A stretch of 61,529 nt of DNA, from positions 1 to 61,529 of IMG/VR virus record IMGVR_UViG_3300030098_003632; one strand, 5' to 3'. The stretch comes from a virus (Duplodnaviria; Caudoviricetes). The translations under genes were made by a program, and so were the position numbers. Positions 56,586 through 61,529 of this stretch are shown here, piece after piece; the stretch's first letter is position 1; each line of letters starts with the position of its first letter. The notes beneath the pieces are model-generated. The model ran no database searches. It was not told where the DNA came from and saw only the letters and a program-made list of their open reading frames with translations.

Positions 56586-57191
56586 ATGGGACTTTCTGGA
56601 TTTGGTAACACCACTACTACTGCACCCACTAGCGCTATAGATCCTAATGATCCTTGGTGGGAGTGGTATTATGGTCAAATGTGGGACGAAGGCGAAGGTG
56701 ATGATGTAGATGATACACCAACTGGCGATCCTCCAGTGTATCCGGATCCGCCCCTACCTGGTGGCGGTGATCCACCCATAGGCCCCACAGGCCCCACAGG
56801 GCCAGGCCCCACAGGCCCCACAGGGCCAGGCCCCACAGGCCCCACAGGCCCTCATACACCAACGAGCCAGCCTCCGATATTTGGCGAACCTCCGTTAGGA
56901 GGAGGGAATTACCATCAACCTTTCCCGCCCATTTTCCCGGCCCCCATTCCCCCTCTTCCCCCCATCAATTTCCCTCCTTTGCTATCACCAGTTCCCGAGT
57001 TGCCGGGATTGAGCGATTTTGAATTTGAACCGCCTCCAACAATCGAGCATCCACCTTTCGGATTCTACGACATGGAAGGTGGCGGAGCTGCTGGTTGGAG
57101 TGAGGAAGTTCCAATGGGAACTCAACTAGATGAATTTGTATCAGGACAAGTAGGTGGGCCTTTATTCAGAGCTTTAGCACCTAACAGATAA
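56586..57191 (+). CDS. Pro-rich protein with GPT repeats
   Basis: AAGGA SD; (GPTGPTGP)3. Confidence 0.55.
   Translation: MGLSGFGNTTTTAPTSAIDPNDPWWEWYYGQMWDEGEGDDVDDTPTGDPPVYPDPPLPGGGDPPIGPTGPTGPGPTGPTGPGPTGPTGPHTPTSQPPIFGEPPLGGGNYHQPFPPIFPAPIPPLPPINFPPLLSPVPELPGLSDFEFEPPPTIEHPPFGFYDMEGGGAAGWSEEVPMGTQLDEFVSGQVGGPLFRALAPNR
56781..56852 (+). repeat. 24-bp tandem repeat, three copies
   Basis: GGCCCCACAGGCCCCACAGGGCCA twice plus a near-identical third copy. Confidence 0.9.
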
Positions 57192-57207
57192 AACACGGAG
57201 TCTATCA

Positions 57208-60200
57208 ATGGCAAGTAAAACATGGGGTGGACTCACCGATGAAAGACTCGGGAAGTTATTTGATCGAATTAACCAAGGTGCTGCCCTCCAAGAGGGCCAA
57301 GACGATCAGTTCTCAGCCCAAGATATTAGCATGGGGATGGTTACTCAGGATTTCCTGAATAGCCTTCAACGTAAAAAACAAACCTTCGGCGGTGATCTTG
57401 ATACACGAGACAAAGAAGATCCACAGAAGATGGGATTCTCTGTGCGATCCGGTCAGACTGGTGTTGGTGCAGATTCTTTTAAGAATACGGAAAAGCAGAC
57501 CAAGGGAATCTTGGAAGAGGCTTTCCAAAAAGCAAGGGATATGGATACTGGCCTACAACTAGGCCAAACTCTTACTGCCGACGGTTCTTATACTAAGTTT
57601 ACCGATTACGTTGACGCTGCTGCAGAAGCTGTTGAGACTGGAGTTGCGACTCCCCAGGGTAAACTGGCAAACATTTACAAGATGCTTCAGGACGGTGGCG
57701 AAGGGAATGCAATTCCTGCTGCTCAGGCTCCTGCGTTAGATATTAATGGCGATGGTTTTATAACTCCTGCCGATGCACTGTATCTTCAGAATGAAGGCGT
57801 TGGACAAGAAGGACAAGCTAGCTGGCTTAGCTACCTATATGGAGACAATCCTCTAGATCAAGAGTATTTAATAGCTCGGGAAGAAGGCGAACAGCCCGCT
57901 TATGATGAATTCATAAGAGACCAATATCCCGAACTAGCGGCCAAAGAGGTACCTGAAGATCTTCGCAAGTATTTTGGTGGGCCAACAAGTGATGAGCAGC
58001 GAGAGCTGACTTTTGGTGCTGCTGCTGGCGGTAGGTTTGGTACTAGCTTTGATTCTAATCGCCTAATGTTTACCGCAATGCCTAGCTTTCCTGGAATGCT
58101 AGATATGAATATGGGGATAGTTTCCCAGCAAATCCAGCAACAAGCCGCCGCTGCAATAGAAGCGTTTAAGAGCCCAGAGATGTTGTCAGTCTTTGATGAC
58201 ATGCAGCGGTTTGGTTTGACACCAGAGCATATTCAAGCCATAACCTCCTTAAGCCCTGAAGACATTGGTCTGACAATGACTGCTCAGGACTCCAATACTT
58301 TAATGACATATATCAAAAGTATTGAAGATATATATGGAGAAGGTTATTGGGGTACGCTAGATGCTTCCGAACTTCTGCGAGATATATCTCCTAAGTTTTC
58401 AGCGTCCTTCAGGATCCCAGAAGTAACACTACAATTCCTAGAGCTAGTCGAAGGCGGCAATCCATCTAATCAAGCCGACTGGAGAAGGCGTAGTTTTTCA
58501 ACAAGCGTAATAACCTTACCGTTGATTGATGCGCAGACTCAAGTAACAAATAATCTCACTAGCCCTGAAAATACTCAGCAGTTTGTCGATTGGTTTAAGA
58601 AGGTTTATGGCGGCGGGGATATAGCTGCTAGGTCTGGAGAAATTCAGCAGCCATCACCAGAGCAATTCACAACTACAACTAGCTTTTCACCTACAGGTGA
58701 AGGCGTAACCGATCCAGTAACAGACCCCGTGGAAGGCGGAGGCGTTGATACTATCCAGCCTTGGACAGGATATAACTCAGGTATATTTGCGGGATACAAT
58801 GAGCATGACCAGCCCATAAATAGCTTAGGCATCATGCTTTTCGATTTATCCGAAAACAATACCTGGGATGGAACTCCTTGGGATGGCGAGTGGACTGCAG
58901 GGCGAAGCGATGCTGACCAATGGGCTAGCCCTGGGCCTAACGATATGACTACTCAGGCTATTGTGGAATGGGTAAACCCTGAAACCGGAGAAATGACAAG
59001 CAACAGCACTGGCGGCTGGGCACCTCCCCCTAATAGCGGTTGGATGAAAAGGCACGCCTATGAAATGTACACTGGCACACAACTGCCAAGCTCTATCGAG
59101 CTGCACTTCCCCGACGGTGTACCGGACAGAGAAGACGGAGCCGATGTTATAACTGATTTCCTTGACCAATACTTTCCAGACTATGACTATAGTGGAAGTC
59201 CATTTATTGACGAGGACGGTCTAGAGTATAAGCAATGGCCTACTCAGGCACATATATATTCTGGACAACCTGTGTTTGATCCATTGAACATGCACGGGTA
59301 TAACGCCTACACCGATCCACTAATGAATCATTCGTTGTATATGAATACGGCGAACCCATTTGATTCGACATTCAATGCCAACTACGACATGATGCAAGAC
59401 GACTTCATGGTAGATGCGTTAAATAGTTTTCTAGATAGAAGGATAAACACTGGAAACATATTCAGAACGATTCCTGGGTGGGAACAAGGTGACGACTGGA
59501 TCCGTCCTCGCCACATGATTGGGTTCGAGGAACAAGATTGGCAAAACATGCTTCCAGGTGTAGTTGATTATGGCTTGGCTCACAACCAAAACATATACAA
59601 CAACATGCAAACAAATTTCATGGGATACCAAAAGGATGCCTATGGAAGAGATATTCCAATATATAAACATAAAGCATGGAATCCGGCCAATATGGATGTG
59701 CTGGGCAATCTCGAAAGATCTATCCGAATGGGAACGGGCTTAGATCAAATGCCGATTGACAAGGCAGCTTATGAAGAAGAAAAGACCCCGCGATTTATGG
59801 AAGGCGGTTCACAAGGTGCCAGTGCGTATCCAGATAGCCACGCTCCCGATGAAGAAAATCCACGACCTAACTGGATTTCTGATGATGAGTGGGAGTATGC
59901 AAGATACTTGATCGACACCGGCCAGCTGCAAGACGAAGGAATGTTCTTATATGAACCAGAATTCTCCAAATGGAGACAGAGTACAAATCCCAATCGAGAT
60001 CAAAGAATAGTACAGACTCAGACACCACATGTCTGGCATTGGCGAGGAGGAAACGAGTTCCAGAAGGTATTTTTGCGTTTGGGGAATGGCTTTGAGAAGG
60101 ATGAATGGGACGACTTCCTGAAAGATCGAAACATACAGAGTGGTGTGGTAACAAGGCAAAACAACACGACTGTACTGCCAGACGGAAAGGATTTAAGTGG

Positions 60201-60663
60201 AAAATCCCCTGAACAAAGAGATTGGTCAGAGGTTGTGAACTACGAACACTATCTCGGAACTAACTACACACAAGATCCGCTACATAAGTACCTAGAAGAA
60301 AACCCACGAATTAATGTCAATGATATAAATGCCCAGCAGATGAGGCTGTCTTCAATCGGCCCAAGAATCAAAGAGCTAAGAGAGTATATACACGCAATTA
60401 ATCAAGCAATGCAATTTGGCGGTGATCCGAACTGGACTACTGCCCAGCAGGCTGAGTTTAATAGGAAACTTTGGCAAGAACTGCAGCCATTCAAGTATGA
60501 GTACAACAAGCTAATTAATGAGCAAGCCCTCTTATCTCCAGCAGGTCGTGGGCAGTTAGTAGAAGGTTGGTACGGGCCTGGGCTTTGGGATGAGTCTCTA
60601 ACACCAGTTCATACGGCAATACAAGATTACTACGCCGGAGACTCTGTTTGGCTTCCTAGGTAA
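57208..60663 (+). CDS. Large acidic virion protein with a dockerin/EF-hand-like motif
   Basis: 1151 aa; LDINGDGFITPADAL at about 57740. Confidence 0.6.
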   Translation: MASKTWGGLTDERLGKLFDRINQGAALQEGQDDQFSAQDISMGMVTQDFLNSLQRKKQTFGGDLDTRDKEDPQKMGFSVRSGQTGVGADSFKNTEKQTKGILEEAFQKARDMDTGLQLGQTLTADGSYTKFTDYVDAAAEAVETGVATPQGKLANIYKMLQDGGEGNAIPAAQAPALDINGDGFITPADALYLQNEGVGQEGQASWLSYLYGDNPLDQEYLIAREEGEQPAYDEFIRDQYPELAAKEVPEDLRKYFGGPTSDEQRELTFGAAAGGRFGTSFDSNRLMFTAMPSFPGMLDMNMGIVSQQIQQQAAAAIEAFKSPEMLSVFDDMQRFGLTPEHIQAITSLSPEDIGLTMTAQDSNTLMTYIKSIEDIYGEGYWGTLDASELLRDISPKFSASFRIPEVTLQFLELVEGGNPSNQADWRRRSFSTSVITLPLIDAQTQVTNNLTSPENTQQFVDWFKKVYGGGDIAARSGEIQQPSPEQFTTTTSFSPTGEGVTDPVTDPVEGGGVDTIQPWTGYNSGIFAGYNEHDQPINSLGIMLFDLSENNTWDGTPWDGEWTAGRSDADQWASPGPNDMTTQAIVEWVNPETGEMTSNSTGGWAPPPNSGWMKRHAYEMYTGTQLPSSIELHFPDGVPDREDGADVITDFLDQYFPDYDYSGSPFIDEDGLEYKQWPTQAHIYSGQPVFDPLNMHGYNAYTDPLMNHSLYMNTANPFDSTFNANYDMMQDDFMVDALNSFLDRRINTGNIFRTIPGWEQGDDWIRPRHMIGFEEQDWQNMLPGVVDYGLAHNQNIYNNMQTNFMGYQKDAYGRDIPIYKHKAWNPANMDVLGNLERSIRMGTGLDQMPIDKAAYEEEKTPRFMEGGSQGASAYPDSHAPDEENPRPNWISDDEWEYARYLIDTGQLQDEGMFLYEPEFSKWRQSTNPNRDQRIVQTQTPHVWHWRGGNEFQKVFLRLGNGFEKDEWDDFLKDRNIQSGVVTRQNNTTVLPDGKDLSGKSPEQRDWSEVVNYEHYLGTNYTQDPLHKYLEENPRINVNDINAQQMRLSSIGPRIKELREYIHAINQAMQFGGDPNWTTAQQAEFNRKLWQELQPFKYEYNKLINEQALLSPAGRGQLVEGWYGPGLWDESLTPVHTAIQDYYAGDSVWLPR

Positions 60664-60680
60664 TAGATAAGTTATAATAG

Positions 60681-60707
60681 TTAAAAGTGCGGAAATTTTT
60701 TCCGCAC
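60681..60707. promoter_or_regulatory. Palindromic operator-like site, copy 3, directly after TATAAT (60673)
   Basis: TTAAAAGTGCGGAAA-TTT-TTTCCGCAC; its reverse complement matches 32945-32971 at 25 of 27 positions. Confidence 0.7.
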
Positions 60708-60724
60708 ATAGCAATAAAGGTGAA

Positions 60725-61529
60725 TCAATGTCAATTTTACCAGGAACAGGCTTTGGGAGTGGCCGAGGTTGGTGGAATCCACCAATAAATGGACGAAGAA
60801 ATACAGGAACAATTATTCCTACTACTGGCTCGGAAACCCCAACGACAACTCAGCCGACAGAAGAAGTACCCACAACAGAGACTCCCGAGCCAGCTGAGCC
60901 AGCTGAGCCAGCTGAGGTTGTTCCACCTCCTGTATTTTCGGTAGCAACAACTTGGAAGCCCGAGCATAGAAATTATTTCCCAGAAGGCGAGTCCCAGATG
61001 CAGAAGAACTGGGCTGTTGCTGAAGCCGCAAGCAATGCGGGTAATCCTGCGATGAACGTGGCTAACATGAACCGTGCTGGTATGAGCTTGGCAAGCCCTA
61101 GATATGCTTACGAAAGAGATGCTCAGTCAGCTGCTAGGGATTATGGCATGGCTGATGCTATGGTTCAGACAGACTATGCAAACCAGCAAGCGGAAAGAGC
61201 ATACGAGCTTCAAGCAAGGCTAGCTCAAGCTGAAGAGTTTAGTAGGATAGACGACTGGATGCGAGGAAGGTACCAGCAGCAGAACCTATACGATCTGGGA
61301 ATGAAGGGAGTTTATGCAAACTACCTTAACGATCAAGTAACTAACTACCTTTCTCGTCAGGCAATGCTTCAGAATCTCTTAGGGAGCTTGATGGGCATGG
61401 GGACTAATATGATGGGGAGTATGATGCCGGGTATGGGCGGTATGGGTATGCCTTCATTCCCTGATTTTGGGGGCATGTTTGGTGGCGGTGGCGGATTAGG
61501 CGGCGGCCTAGGCGGCGGACTTGGCGGTG
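60725..61529. repeat. Terminal redundancy, copy B
   Basis: Diverged direct repeat of 1-796. Confidence 0.97.
60728..61529 (+). CDS. Second allele of ORF 4-897, truncated by the window end
   Basis: Open frame running to the window end; AAGGTG SD upstream. Confidence 0.85.
   Translation, partial: MSILPGTGFGSGRGWWNPPINGRRNTGTIIPTTGSETPTTTQPTEEVPTTETPEPAEPAEPAEVVPPPVFSVATTWKPEHRNYFPEGESQMQKNWAVAEAASNAGNPAMNVANMNRAGMSLASPRYAYERDAQSAARDYGMADAMVQTDYANQQAERAYELQARLAQAEEFSRIDDWMRGRYQQQNLYDLGMKGVYANYLNDQVTNYLSRQAMLQNLLGSLMGMGTNMMGSMMPGMGGMGMPSFPDFGGMFGGGGGLGGGLGGGLGG

Noticed and set aside
56781-56852. Collagen triple-helix domain
   Set aside because: Only 24 residues, and the Gly-X-Y register breaks every 8 residues
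1-61529. CRISPR array, tRNA genes, diversity-generating retroelement, stop-codon recoding
   Set aside because: No regularly spaced repeats, no cloverleaf/T-loop seen, no reverse transcriptase. Terminal-repeat differences are not adenine-specific, and genes are intact in code 11
60725-61529. Sequencing error as the cause of the repeat differences
   Set aside because: Differences are mostly synonymous third-position changes, and the only indel is in frame

Overview
The window is an essentially complete, circularly permuted dsDNA tailed-phage genome. The unit length is about 60,724 bp, because positions 1-796 recur, diverged, at 60725-61529. The architecture is podovirus-like. A rightward late arm (about 33059-61529, continuing 1-14022) carries scaffold, major capsid, terminase, portal, adaptor, nozzle and several very large putative ejection proteins. 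A leftward early arm (about 32564-16182) carries a MoxR AAA plus vWA pair, SSB, a serine recombinase, CsrA, an RNAP alpha-CTD-like protein, ERF plus RecE-like recombination genes, a ParB-like protein, an SF2 helicase and RusA. I recognised no DNA polymerase, primase, tail tube or tape measure, classical endolysin, tRNA, CRISPR array or reverse transcriptase. CsrA, a free alpha-CTD and a dockerin-like motif loosely suggest a Planctomycetota-type host (inference only). The most notable observations are: (1) a possible self-contained phage Csr circuit, made of csrA, GGA-loop hairpins in the first early leader and a GGA-rich structured RNA; (2) a coiled-coil gene overprinted inside the vWA gene, with its own SD; (3) a 2682-aa protein holding degenerate SLOG, NADAR and ASCH-like domains; (4) terminal redundancy whose two copies differ mostly at synonymous sites; (5) a palindromic operator present three times; (6) an unusually large set of Pro/Gln/Gly/Met low-complexity proteins, some sharing a PxMGTHG motif; (7) an M19 dipeptidase next to the head genes. 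All calls come from motif recognition by eye, not database searches.
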